Shown: positions 39,611 to 53,845, counted from the first letter of the stretch. The stretch is DNA of 64,000 nucleotides from Marsupella aquatica (GCA_973895155.1 OZ316892.1:18714357-18778356); one strand, 5' to 3'. Translations and numbers: made by a program. Notes: a model not told the origin generated them from the sequence alone.

Positions 39611-42600
39611 TGATTGGAGGCGTCGACACAATTCAAAGATTTGCTTTCAACAAACAATTTCATACCAAACAATTTCACACCAAGAGAACTCAGGCCACCA
39701 TGAATTAATTACGCAATCGCTTTCATCAGCAGCGTGGTTCATGAGGTGGCAATCATCATAGTTCACGGAACATTGGGTAAGGGCCCCTCCCCAATGTCCC
39801 AAGACAATTGGTTCAAACAAATCAGAAAAGATCAACAACACACCCACCACTGCACATGTGAATCCGCGGCTCCACATGTACAGCTAAGAAGAAGAAAAAA
39901 TAAAGATCAAGCTCGGGTTTAATCGATCAGTGTACTCAGCACACAAAAGCAGTGTCCCCGACACATCAATTGGGACTTCAGATCAATTCGGTCTCAAGTC
40001 ATGATATTACAAGTACAGGTGACGTGAATTGTTTAATGTGCAAGTTCATTGATTATATGAATTCTCCAATATGAAAGATCGACGTACTCAACCAGTCCTG
40101 CAATCCAGAGAGTATAAAAGTTAGTAGAAATCAATAACAAAAGGTAATGTTGAAGGCGTGAAGTAAAGTTCTCAACAACTTACGAGGACGGAGTGCAGGC
40201 TACCCGTATGCATACTGAACCCCGGTACTCGATCAGCCTGCAACTCAGAACCAGAGAGGGTGAAGGTTAGCACAAGTCAGTAATGAAGAACAACAAAAAC
40301 ATACAATACAGTTCTCCACAACTTACAAGTAAGCATGGAGTGCAGCTGCCGGCCTGCCTGATGAGTATTCAGCCTGTACGTGGACAAAAAATCAGAGCAG
40401 AACGAATGTACAAATTAGTAAGTCATTAAAGAGGAATTGTCAAGGGATGCATGCGCAGTATCTCAACAATGTACTTACTCATAAAGATGGCGCGGCGCGT
40501 CGGCGTGGCTGGCTGCGCCAGTTCGATCACACCATAAACAATAGGTTCACGTACCTTTGTAGACCAGGGGACCAAAATGGTTGAACTATGAGCACATGAA
40601 CGGGCAGGCAGAGAGCCAATATATCTTCATGTGAGCACTGAAGTTTGAGCCAACGTAAACTACCTATGAGAGCATCCACAATCACCATTTGTAGCAAACA
40701 AGATCGAATGATCTACGCCAAATGCCAAATATATGATCTGCGCCACATTCGGGAATGGAGCCCATTAACAATATCTGATTACATGGAGACAAATTAAAAT
40801 AAACCAAGTAGCAAAATCGAGCACTCATAGATCATACCTTCGATACATGTATAGGCGTAAGTGTCAAGAAACAAGGTTTGGATATATAGAAGGTTATAGT
40901 GGCTGGCCAGCCGTGAATGGATGGATCTTAGAAGGGGTTGGATTGGAAGGGATGCAGCGAGCTAGGCAAGGAAAGGGATGCAGCGGGCTAGGCAAGGAAT
41001 AGGAAAGGAAAGGGCTGCGCTCAATTCCATCTTGTAGAGCACCTGCCTGTACTCATACTTCTGCATACATTTTTCAATGTCAAGCAAACACAAAGAATTA
41101 GTAAGATTGATATATACAATGCTTTAATTCTAAGTGACTACAATTGAAACAAGCAATTGATCGTAAGACTACATGCAGTCAACAACTCATATCCCAGCTG
41201 CGAAGAGCTTAGTCTCGCCTTCTGTCTTGTTAAAAGCATTTCACCTCAATGCTATTCTCAACACTCAGAGACAGGAATTGAAATGAAAGATGGAAATGTG
41301 ACTGCCTGGCCTTTCGGTAGATATGGGTAGATATGGGCCCATTCATCTTGTCTTCTTCTCCTCATTTTAGCGGGAATGAGGGCAGGCAATTTGCGTAGAA
41401 TTAGCTATGTGGCTCCTCAGCTATGTGGCTCCTCACCTAACCTAGATAGACAGCGGGAAATTTGACTATAAGAATAATTAAATATTAAACTACTATGTAC
41501 GTGGATATTTTTGTACCATTGGATTGTCTCATTGGATATATTGAGCACGAAGACTCCTTGATTAGTTCCCCATGTGGTTTGTGGTCAACCGATACTATCT
41601 ACTAAGTACAACTGCATGTGATACAAGTGTGCGATCTTTCACTAAAAAATTATATTAGCTACAGTTTAAATTATCTTGTTTCTAACTCATTCAAGAGAGA
41701 ATTTACAACAACATGCATATTGCCTTTATTCTGGTCATGGATCCTGCCGCTGCCTTTAGTTTTGTCATCACAGTTTCTTAGGTCATTGACAAAAATGGAA
41801 CAGTAATTGAATTGTCCCATTATAGTCAGCAAGAACTTAGCCAGAATTTTAGTACAAATCATTGACAAAAGAGCACAATAATGAAGTTGTCTCATCATAC
41901 TTACATAAAACCTACTGTAGCCAGAATTTTAGCCCTCCTTCTCGTCACATTTCTAGAGACTATTATGATCCTTCGCTCCCGTACCATTGCTGGTTTCTAC
42001 GATCCTCCCCACTACAGCTGTATGTGGTGGGGTCCCAAATGTGTATTGCCTAGCTACCATCCATCAACTTACCTGTTGTTATTATTGAAATTACACTTGA
42101 CATAAAATCCAAAAGAATCCATATTAACCAGCGCCAAAATTGTGCACAGAGTCTTAATTTAATTAATATCATTTGAACAATAACACAAAGTATTGATTTA
42201 TATTTGGAGCAAGAAACAAGCTATTGGTAGCAAGAGCCATTAATGTATTTCCGTAGGCAAACTTACCATATTCTTGTCACTCCAATTTGGAAACGCTTAC
42301 ATATATACAAATTAAATTTTGGCCTAGAACGGCCAAACAGAAAATTAAAACAAAATGTTGTAAATGTTGGGCAATATACTCTAATGTCTTCAACACTTCA
42401 AGATTCATTATATTTCCAAATAAGTGAAGCGCAGAAGCCTCATATATTACAAGCTAAAGATAATTTTTATTATAACCTGCAAAGCCAGATTGATGGAACC
42501 TGCAAAGCAAGTCTCATGTTTGAATATCATATGTTACACCTGGTGATTTTAAAAACATGTTATGTAAGGTGCACACAATTAGAGATTGACGTCTCACATA

Positions 42601-43700
42601 GAGGAAAAATAAAACCATATTTTAAAATTATTTTCCAGAGAACCAAGATAAGAAAAATTAGCAAGGAAATACTATTTATAGGGACCACAAATATTATTCC
42701 AATCAACCACTTTTGCTTCTGGAGAAGAGCAATGTAATATTAATATCCACTCCAAATATATTACCCTACTGGAAACGCTATATACAAGAGTACTTCTAAG
42801 CTAGTATACAAGAGTACGTGGCTTTCATAATTCAACTAGTGACTGACAAGTCATCTTAATATTTTACCCAGGAAATTAACAAATAAATCTAAATCTGCCC
42901 CGTTCCTAGAGGCTCCTATGATACCCCCCACCACAGATTCCTCAATTTGTATTGTTCCTCCCCACCACAGTTGCTTGCGATGGTGGTGTCAGATGTAGTG
43001 GTCACATATTGACAAATGAGAACACTAAATAAATAAAATTGTGTACGGACAGTGATTGACTGTATATATTATAGTAATTAAACTGTGTCACTGTAGGCCG
43101 TGAATTATGTAGTGGTCACATATTGACAAACGAGAACACTAATTAATTAAATTGTGTACAGTGATTGACAAAATATACAGTATAGTAATTAAATCGTGTC
43201 ACTGTAGGCGTGAGTTATTTTAGCGCTCCTTCTTGTCAAGTTCCTAGATATGTGCTCCTCTTTCCTAGAGCTGCATGGGACACTGTGGACTCTAGACAAA
43301 AGATCGAGCGTAGTAAATAAATTCTATCATTGTCGGGCATGAATTATTTTAGCATTCCTTCCTGTCAGGTTCCTAGATGCTCCTTTCCCCACAGCTGCAT
43401 GGGACACTGTGGACTCTTGGGCGCGAGCCGAGCGGCATGTTCAAAAAAATTCAAAAAATTCAAAAGACTTTGAAATTGATTCTGAGGCGGGGAAGTTCGG
43501 GCACTCCTCTGTTTGGGAACTTCTTTGTTAGTTATGGCAAGGAGAAGTTTGGGCATTTTTATGTTAGTGGTACTTACATGGACCATGTGTTGTCACATCA
43601 TTTTATCGACCATAAGCAATCCGCGATCGATCCCTCTTGGCAGACAGTACTAGATTTACAAAGCTCTTCAACATTAGGCTGAATCTCTTCCACAGGAACC

Positions 43701-46700
43701 ATGGCTGCTTGGTACGACATTAGTTCTCAGGAATTATGTGACCACATTGCCATATGTCTGAACACAACGATGTACAATGAGGCAATAATCAGCAACCACA
43801 TCTCGGGAGATAGCTTCTTCTACATGACGACTCCCACTGAGTGGACGATGTTCTATGAATGTGTGGGCATCAAATCATTTCCGCACAAGATGATGTTGAG
43901 TAAATGGTTGGGCGAATGCAAACGAATGAACGCCATTGTCACAGAACCCACAAAGCTAGGACCGACGCAAGCACCATTGCAGAAATCACAGTGTAGTGAT
44001 GTACGACTGCCAAGTCAACCAGAGGTTGGAGATAGTCTTAGGAAATTTGATCAAAGCTCCTCGACCTCTCGCTCGACCTCTAATCCACTCTGTGTTGCAG
44101 CGCCAACTAAGGTCAGTTTGTGACCTCATATCTCTTGTTCAATATGGAGTATGCCGATAGCATGTTTGGGTTACATAGGGTCGACATTTTGATAGTACAT
44201 TCAATCAATGGCTCACTTGGGTTGCGCCCCTAAATTTTGTTGTTATTATTTGGATTTGTAGAGATTTTATCCAGCTCCCGAGGAGATCTTCAAGCCAGGA
44301 GGACGCCAAATGCTAGCGGCTCAACATGGAGATGCACACAAGGCCCATCTTCAGAATTATAGGACTGTCCGAAGCTGGTTTGCTGCATATGCCACAAATG
44401 CAGAGATCTATTCATATATGGATGCAGATTACAAAAATGACACTCGAGTCAAAGAGAGCTGTAGAGCATACGCCAAGACTAAGATGAATGAACTTGTGCC
44501 TCTGCCATTTGTGTGTCCCACCACAGGAGCTAAGCATGAGATGCCTTGGACAGAAGATTTTCTTTTTGAGGTGATATTAAACAGGAAGCATGAATGGAGG
44601 AAAACAGTCAGCAAAAAGAAAGAAGGTACGGTTATGTTCCAGTTGATGAGTTGAAAAATCATTAGTCTCTAAAATGTTTCAATCTGTTCTTTATTTTGCC
44701 CCATTAATTTCATATGCCATGTATTGTATATTAGTGGTAGCCTCGACCCATCTAATCTAACTTACAGTCCTTGCCAATTCCAGATGCAATTCCTCGTGGT
44801 CTGAAACGAGAGATAGTGACCCGAGAGCTCAATGAGTTTGAGAAATTGGCAAAACTAGACACTGATGAGCTTGTGTGCATTGAATATTGCAAAAAATACC
44901 CAGAGTTTTATGTTCAATTTGTTTCACATACTCTGAAACCTGACTTGGCACAACTGCAATCTAGAGAGTCACAGTTGCAATTAGGAGATGATGGAAATCC
45001 ACGAGTCAATGACCAGATTGGAGGTATGGTATTTGGCCGTGGAACGATCCACACAGTCCATGACATCAAGTCTGTGAGATGTTACAAGGTTAAGTTCATT
45101 CAATTTTCGATCCCAAAACCATCAGAAAAAAGACCTGCCCTGTGGGTGCCAGGAATGACCCTAACAGGCCTTCAGCATTTCCAAGTCCATCAATTAAAGA
45201 GGTGAGAACTCTATGTGATGTCTATTCCCCTTGTCCCTTGCGTAGCTATATATATGATTGTTCATACCGGTTCATCTATTGTAGCCAATATATGTTGGGT
45301 ATGCAGCTGTGCATGGCTTTCCATGTACTATATAATCAGGTTACTGGCCGACTCTCCTTTCTACTTCATTTGAAATCTAGTTCCAATGTAGTTCGTCACC
45401 GCTATCTACATGCAAGCTAGGTAGACATTCTGGGCAGCCCTTGTTATAGAATTTGATTTTAGCCCTATATATAGTCCTGAATATCTATGTACGTTTTGTG
45501 TTTATTATATACAGGGCATGACCATTTTCATTCCACGTTCCTATTGTACCATGTCACCAAACCTAGCCACTCTAGTGTGGCCAGGATGGCACACCTTCTA
45601 TAGCACATGGACTGAAGGAGGCTGGCCTGAAGAGGCCACGGATGGTGGGCAGTTGCAGCCTCCTCACACACAGAAGAGCCAATCTTTGGGATCAAATGGC
45701 CAGAGGGAAAGAAGCTTGGAGTTTGTATCACCAATCCCATCCCAATGTCAATCTTTACAGCTTGGAGAAGCTCAGAAGTCGATTGAGCCAAAAGTGGACC
45801 CTGGTACACAGGATACTCAAGACAGTGATGAACTTTTGGATTCCAGAAATACTGAGTTGCTGGATCCTGATTATTTCAGCCAAGGAGTAGAATCCTCTTC
45901 AGAAACTTGTCACTTGTCACTTGATTTGTTCAGGAACAATGACAAAGACAACACCAGCTGCCCAATTGAATCTCGCTCTACCAAAGATTCAGATACTTTT
46001 ACCAATAAGGAGGATGATGCGCCTTTGCAGGTTTGTGGCTCAATTAATTTGTATCAACCGTACTGGACATTGGTACTGGACATGGTACTTACTAGAAGAT
46101 CGATCAATGTCTGAAAATATTAATTGTTGCTTTCAAATTGGATTCAATCTATTGTTCACAGTCGATCATTTAATTAATATTTATATGGCAGGTAAAGAGA
46201 CAGAAGATTGAGGAGCCTACTCCATCAGTACCGATTGAGGAGCTTCCTTTACCAGTAGCATCTGACAAACTACCACTGGTCCAGGTATCATATTGTCTAA
46301 GGCGGCCTTACATCTTGTCATTTAATTGCATGTTGAGTATAATATATCAATTCAGTCTATCCTATGATATAGTTCTTGTATATCTGAGCTATATATGAGC
46401 AGCCCACTTTAATTCCAACTTTCTTGCTCTTTACTAGTTTTGAGAGACGCTCGATCTGGTTTGGTGGTCCCTATCACCCGAGTTCTGTTATGCACAAGCG
46501 TTAGTGGGAATATATAATCTCTGATGGCTTCTTCCTAGCTAAGTATCAATATTAATGGCTTAGGTTTGTAGACATGTGATGCCCAGATTTATTGTACAAT
46601 GACCATATTATTGTAAATCAGGTTGAAGCTAGATTTATTGATCTGCTGAGTTCATCTAACATATTCTGCAGTCTTACTTGTAGTGATAGCTGTTCTTACT

Positions 46701-48234
46701 TCTTGATCCCCAATGTCTATAAGATATAATTCCTAAGACTATTTATTGATGGGAAAAGAGTGTGTGAAATCAACCCACGTACAGGTCCACACAAGCACCT
46801 CTCTAGTAATAATCAGTATATGATTTCTGCCCGTTTTGAGTCTGTTTATGCCTGGCGCACCTCTCTAGTAATAATCAGTATATAATTTCTGCCCGTTTTG
46901 AGTCTGTTTATGCCTGGTTTTTATGTGGACCCGTGTACCTTTATGTCTGAGCCGTGGCTGGTCCTCAGTGTATATATGCTTTTCTGGCAAAAGTTTAATG
47001 GTTAGTAATGGTCACTTGTTCCTCTTTTATGTTTTCCTTTGAATTGCAATAAATCATGACAGGTTAAGATGGAGAAATACCAGGAACAGCGTGGAGTACT
47101 TGCAAGTATAGCTATAGGTGGTATCAATTCGACCTCGTCGTTGGGGAGACCACGAAGAGGCAAGGGAACAAATGCAGGCAAAGAAAATGTACCTACATTT
47201 ACTGCTATTTCAACAAAGGATCAAGAGGATGCACGCTCCCAGTTGTTGACTGGCAACAAAATGGTAGCAACAAAAATTTCGTTCACTACTATAATTTTCC
47301 TTCCGCTTTGTTAGCTCTCTAAGTAAGCTACGTAACATGACTCACCGTGCAGCTGGCTCTCTTTTTGGCTCTCTGAACGAAAGAAAAGGGCAGGTTATAT
47401 ATAATTATAGTCTTTTAGTCTTGCTATAGTAAGTACGTTGTCTACTGAACTGTACGTTGAATGAAAAGTGCTTGATATATGGGTTGTAAGTCAATCTGAA
47501 GAACTGTGTAATTTATCTTGATGATTTAACTATCTGTTGGATGAGCTAATTGATGAACTGTTCTGTCTCATGGTTTTGTTCTCTCCGCGGCATCCATCCG
47601 TAGGCAAAAGCGGCCAAAATTCAATTTTCATCTGGAAGCAGGACGAGAAAGGAGACGACGTTGATGGGAATGGAAGCTGTTAACATAGTAAGTAATTTTT
47701 TTTTTACTTGCTCTGCACGAAAATGTTGTACCTGAATGTTTGATGGTAATAAATTGCTAATGTCTTAGAAACGTTTCTCGTTTTTTGGTTTGGAGGATGT
47801 GGGTGTATTAAATTGCTAATGTCTTAGAAACGTTCTTTCTTTTTTTCCATTTGCAGGATGTGAGTGTATGTACTAAATTGCTAATGTCTCATAAACTTTT
47901 CATTTTCTGTTTGCAGGATGTGGGTGCGCTTAACGAAGCTTCCAAACAAGTGGTCTGCATGAGAGCCATGGGATTGATAATGTGCTCGGAAGTGGATTCC
48001 AAGTTGAAGGGATTTATTAGCGAAACAAATAAACTGTCCAACAAAACACCAAAGCCCTTTACAAAGCACGCTGGGAAGACTGCACCTGAATTGCTCGACA
48101 TGGTGGCTAGATGGTGTATTGCTCAGAAAGTAGTGATTATTAGAGACCCGCCCCCCCTCAGGGATGGCATTCAGAGGCTCTTCCCGGAAAATGTTGTAAA
48201 GAATAGCGAGGCAGATATCAATATTTCACATTGA
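43701..48234 (+). CDS. Uncharacterised SAM-domain multi-exon gene, copy 2 (no obvious lesion)
   Basis: SAM-like YNEAIISNHISGDSFF...GIKSFPHKMMLSKWL. Exons about 43701-44111, 44261-44625, 44769-45201, 45515-46030, 46192-46285, 47063-47262, 47604-47687 and 47918-48234 with GT-AG ends. Shares VKESC..YAKT.M.EL.PL, NRKHE, FGRG, PKPF..H and PPPL..G...L.P.N with copy 1. Confidence 0.7.
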
Positions 48235-48564
48235 TTCATATTTCATAGCATGCTAATTTATGTAGGTTCAGTGGTTGACTTGATGCCATATATCATGCAG
48301 TGAAGCTCAATTTTGTTACAGCTGGTGTGATTGTGGTTTAATCCATAATGATGTACAATTACTTTGCGAATCTTCTTTTGTGTGTTCACTCGAATGAGGT
48401 TATTAATCAATTAATTAAATGCTCAGAACAGATGGTTATGTCAATCTCATGAATTGTGTTTAGCTAGACACAATGTATTGTTGAATGGTTTTCACGGGGA
48501 TTTTCATAAAATTCATGTGCAAAGAGTAAGTGATCTGAATGTGAACGAGCTTATCGGTTGAGGG

Positions 48565-49070
48565 AATGCCATATAGGGAAACAGACTGGGAAAATTGGAA
48601 TCCCTGATTTACCTACTTATGGAAATCTAGCAGTGCCGATGCAAACAATCTTGAAATGATCCGTGGATACAAATGGTACCACGTGGGGTGTGCTAACTGG
48701 CTAGATCCAGTGTGACTAGCTAATACAAGTAAGGAAAAACACAGGGAAACCCTTTTCCCCACCTTCATATCTTATGGAAATCTAATGGTGCTGATACAAA
48801 TCATCTTGAAATGATCCAAGGGTACAAATGGTACCACCTGGGGAGTACTAGGTGGACTAGACATAGTGCAACTAGCCAATGCCATGTAGGGAAGCAGACG
48901 GGGAAATTGTAATCCCCATCTTCACAACCCACGAAGATCTAACGGTGTCGATGGCAAATCATCTTAAAATGATCCAAGGGTACAAATAGTACCACCTGGG
49001 AAGAGTTAATTAACTAAACTTCACACGATGTAACTAGCCAATGACATATAGGGAAACAAATCGGGAATAA
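48565..49070. repeat. ~156-bp tandem repeat, 3 copies
   Basis: ATCTA..GGTG..GAT.CAAA..ATCTTGAAATGATCC...GG.TACAAAT.GTACCAC.TGGG at ~48620, 48776 and 48935. Confidence 0.8.
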
Positions 49071-49440
49071 CATGAAGAAAGTCTATTTCCCAACCTACAA
49101 TGGAAGGCCCGATGTTGTTTAGAGCACCCATCAAACGGGCTTGAGTATGCCATCTGGAATGTGCTTCACATAGGTATGTTACTCTCAGAGTAGTCGGGAA
49201 ATCAGTGATGTAACATACACATAGGTATGTTACTCTCAGAGTAGTCGGGAAACCATCGAACTTCACTAAGCATGGGAAGCCCAAGGTAGCTAGGGAATTC
49301 CTGGGAAAGTGCGTAACATTTCCCTAACTTGTACACAAACCCGACTTCTTTGTTATCAGGCAGAGGATTCCCAGTAACACATAGGGAACATCCATTTGCC
49401 TGACTGTGCATATCCTCCTTGTGTTTCCAAACACAAATTT

Positions 49441-52400
49441 TGAATGCCACCAGTGATACAAGTAACACTACCTGCATTCAATATCTCAAATGTTTGCTTT
49501 GAATATATATAACTGAAAACAAAAGGCCATAAGGACATTGTGCTTACTGCTTCTGTGAGCTTTTCGCACCAAGTTGAAAGGACTTTCACATCGGTTTCCT
49601 GGGGAAACATTTCCCGGCATGTTGCCCAATCTTTTTGACCAGAAATCTGCAGGAACAATTTCTTTACCTTTGCCAACTTCTTAAGTGTCTCACCTTCTTT
49701 GAACATTTGTTCTAGAGTGATTTTCTTTCCAATTACTCTGTTTAGGAGTCGCTTCACATGCTCCTAATTGGAAAGCCCCTGGAGAGCTCTGAAGACCCTC
49801 AAATTGAAATGCCCAGAGAGCTTGTTCATTTTGATTTCACTTGCACTCAGCGGTTTAGGTTTAGCTTTTGATTTACCTTTTGATGTTGCTGACGGCTGCT
49901 TGGCCACGATTGGCTTTGTTTGACCAAGGATCTCAAACTTTTGCCACATAGAGAAAATTTTATCTTGGAGCTCCCAAATCTCCCCAGATCGAAAGGCAAT
50001 TTGAAATGTAGGGTCATGTTTGGCCATTGAGTCACGAACACTTGGAGTGTAATCAAGCATACATTCCTTACAACAAGCTTCTCGCACCTCTTTAGTTGAC
50101 CCCACATTCATTTCCATGAAAATATTGTGACAGGCACGAACTTTTTCAATCGATGTCATGGTTTTCCGGTACTCCTGGTCGTAGTTATGCTGGAAAACCA
50201 GCATCCTGATCTCATGTCTCGTTAGACCAGAGTAAACCCATGCCTCAATCTCACCGTACACTTGCTTTCCATACATTTTGAAAAGTTCAGCCTTTGCACG
50301 AGCTCCATGATTACCGCCAATCACTCGATACTTCCATACCCTAGATTTAGTAATGTCCCACTCATGAATTGTGGGATCAACTACAACAACAAATGGAGCC
50401 ATGAAGTTGGAAGGGTTTTTCATGAGCAACATTTTGATGTTCTCTACATGTAGCCAATCTACAGGTCTAACTAAAGTTGAATTCTCACCCTCATCTTCAA
50501 AAATGAGATTATTGACATGCAGAAGCACACTGGTCCTCTGGACTCTGCGTTCAAGCATGAGCTTTGCAAGTTCAGCCTTGATGGCATCTATCTCAAATGA
50601 AGCCAACGGCGTCTCTTCTTCCTCATCTCCTTGAAAAATAACATGGCTTGCAATGAATTTTAAGAAGAATTCAAAATGCAAACCATTTTCATTATTTCAA
50701 TGCAATGCGCGATACAAGTATCGCTCCCAACATTCATTTTTGCTAGACAAATAAACTTACCAGGGGAATGCTAACGACAGCTGAGGTTGGACCTGAGGTA
50801 AGGGGTAATCGTTCTTCGGATTGATGCATTGACACAATTGGAGTGCTTATTGCACCACTTGAATCTGCAGCTAGAGCTACTCCTGTGCCTCCAATCCAAC
50901 CTGTCCTCTTCTTCTTTGCAAGTGAAGTTGATGGCAATGGAACCTCTGCCTCGAGAGGTACCAATTCATCCACAACTCCCCTTCCACGACCTCTTCCACG
51001 ACCACGACCTCGACCACGACCAACACTTGTAGTAGCGCCTGGGCTTGCCTCTACAGATTGAGGTGCTTCACCTAGAATCACTCTCATGGTAGCTTCTACT
51101 TGGGAATTCCCTTTCCCATGTCCCCCGCTCCCACTAGCACAATCAACTCCTTTTGCAACTGAAGATGCGCCACTCCCGCTAATGGTTGGCTTCCTTACTT
51201 TGATCCTTCGTGTGGGTTTAAACTCTTCACCCACGAGTCTCTTATACTCTTTCTGGACAAACAGCAGCATCAAAGGACTCAAATCATCCACAACATTAGC
51301 AACCCACTCAGGCTTGAAGATCTCCATCTCAATTGTACTCGCGACTTCCTTCACAATAGGGTCTTTGGGAAATTTGTCTAATGTTGAGAGATCATACAAA
51401 TCCATGTCCACAACAAGGGCCACAAAACCCTTGCTTCCACACATTGTGAGGAAGCTCAATCCAATAGCGACAAATTTTTCCTTCCCATGACCCTTCTTAA
51501 AGTCACATGCGGCAACCCCAATTACTGGACCAAAGGAGAGTGTAATCTTCTATGTTTTCTTCACTTGAACCCAAAGAACGGGTGTCTCCCAGTCAGCTGC
51601 TTCCTTGGACAACATTCGAGTATCCCGAAAGTACCAAGGTCTCCTCACAAACTTTTGTTCATCACAAATATCTTCTGTCGTCCAAATCACATTACACAAA
51701 GTTGTCATGAGGTTCTCGGTCTCAGCAGACCCTGTCCTTGCACTTCCTTCCATTGTTTTCCTTTGGCAGATCAAATTTGAGATCTACACTGCTTGATCAA
51801 TGCCACGAGCGATACAAGTATCGCGCTTTGCTTTCTTTTGAATACGGCATCCAAGTTGCTTTCTACTGGGTCCAAGAACCTTGAGCAGGGGCGTCTGTTG
51901 GGAGCTGCTATCGATTCTCATGCGGTTCTAATCCAACAAGGGTCAAGGCTATCGTTGTCCATCTGCACAATGACATGTAGTGCCGGTGAGTCAAATCTGA
52001 AGCTCAAGAAGCTCAAAAAATGAAGAAAGGCCAGTTGACGATACTGGCGATCAATATAAACTATCAGTTTGATCACTTAATCTGCTTCTCAAAACTCAAA
52101 ATCGTAGAAGAATCGCCAATGCCCGCAGCGAGGCAAAAGAGCAACTTACAAAACAATTGGAACAAAAGGAAAGATAGATTGACAGACATGACAAGCTGCA
52201 ACTCCTTCTCTACCGGTGGTGACTATGATCAACTCACTGTCCTCTCCTTCGTCGCCCTTTGGCTGCATCAATTTGAGCGAGTACTATGTCATGATTGTTA
52301 TTGTGGGAATGGCCAAATCGACAACAATGAATTCTAAGTCCTTCAGACTTGCAAGTCTTCCTCCGCTCTTTGGGAATGTTGCCATTGAGCAGAGAGAGAA

Positions 52401-53845
52401 GAACAAGAGAACAAGCTTTGCTTTCTTAACAAGCCAACACCTTACAAACCCCCAAGAGGATCCATGAATCCACGATCGGGCTACAGATACAAGATTGCAG
52501 GCTCTAATGGAGTCTCTAGTTTCTGATGTTTTAACTGGGATTACTGAATTCAACTTAATTCTGAGAACAACATGACTCAATCCCAAGAGAGAGATACAAG
52601 CACCGCAATTTGCTTTCGGATTGGGCCAACACTTTCCAATCCATCCACCGATTCCTCTTTAGATGACAAAACACAAAGACTCCTACTCGAAGCAATACGA
52701 CTATCTCATATGTCTTTCACAAGCCACACGGAATGCCTCAAAAACTATTTGTGCAAAACCAACTAAGGGAAATGACTCAAGAAGCAGACCAAATCCTTTT
52801 CACAGTACAAACCATGGTTCGCACTGTCTTCATTTGCGCCGCTTCTAGAACTTGTTCTGGTGCTGCCTACAGGGTAAAACTATTTCTTTTTGAATCAGCC
52901 AGGCCACACCACCTCCTCAGTCTCCTATCTAGCCAAACAATGCTCCTTTCCAAAATCTCTCACACAAGCTCTCACAAAGACAAGAAAAAATGGGAAACAT
53001 TGTATGGGAGAGGATATAGACACGAGGCCATCACTCTTTGGGCACTCAAAAGATTGTCGAGCCCAACTTTTGTTGGGCACATTTTTGCTTGTAAGCGAAC
53101 GGAACAGAGTATTTGTGTTTGTTTAGGTGGGGTTTTGTCAGGTCCACCTTAGAGGTCACGAGTGACCCCGTCCAATGATCTTTGCAGCGCAGTCCGTCCT
53201 AAATCTACACTACTCAATCCAAAGAGTGATACAAGTATCGCTATTGGCTTTCGGATCCGACCAACAACTACCCAAGAGAAAATAAGGGCCCCAACATAAT
53301 ATGAAGAACTACGAGATGAGCAGCAGACGGCTTTACAATCTTCAAGAGACAGAATCTAAACCATGATTGAAGTATTTTCACTCCTGCACCATGAGACTAA
53401 TTGAGTTGGCTCAATGCACCAAGCGATACCTGTATTGCTGAGGGTTTGAAACTTAGGTTTGAATGCAACTTACGATACAAGTATCGCAAGTTGCTTTCTA
53501 CAAAGTTGATTATGATACGAGTATCACAATCTGCTTTGGAAAGTGGAAAGCTTACTCTTAAGACCAGAATGCGCATCTGTATGGAGAGGAGGTTTTCTTT
53601 GGGTTGGGTGAGAGCTTGATTGTGAAAGAGGACTTGAAAAAATGAAACTTCTTTCCATGAGCGGGCAGTCATATTTATACTTTTGGAGGTAGCTATGGTT
53701 AATTTCTAGCTTAACCCTAGTTAAACTTAACCATAGTTAGAGCCTACTGCGCGGTTATGCACAGTTTCACCATTTCTGTAAATTTCTGATAACCAAAGAA
53801 TTTACAAATGCAAAGGTCGATACCTGTATCGGTGTTTGCATTCCT
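49441..53845. repeat. Dispersed ~38-bp bipartite palindrome AATGC-N5/6-(C/T)GATAC-NN-GTATC(G/A)-N5/6-GC(A/T)TT, about 9 copies
   Basis: Cores at 49453, 50709, 51809, 52591 (degenerate), 53226, 53423, 53473, 53513 and 53818. Confidence 0.88.
49548..51975 (-). pseudogene. ParB/Srx-fold domain gene with introns, RG-repeat linker and in-frame stops
   Basis: LVRPVDWLHVENIKM...PFVVVVD...YRVIGGNHGARA...AWVYSGLT...HN...MTSIEKV matches the ParB/Srx N-terminal domain (GGxH box). In-frame TAG at 49764-66 and 51550-52 with the frame continuing; GT donors at 50760 and 49547. Confidence 0.72.

Noticed and set aside
42243-42737. 164-aa ORF
   Set aside because: AT-rich, no motif or splice context; probably spurious.
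29991-43000. CACTACAG at 29991 and ATGTAGTG at ~42993-43000 as TIRs of the EnSpm-like element
   Set aside because: Only 7 bp match, flanks (GTT vs GTC) give no clean TSD, there are no subterminal repeats, and the right motif is part of a local 114-bp duplication.
49415-49470. GGIQN/CVW similarity to the MTase GGFQNCVW, suggesting a second MTase fragment downstream of ParB
   Set aside because: The match is largely produced by the GCATTCA arm of the palindromic motif and needs a frameshift; no other MTase motif is nearby.
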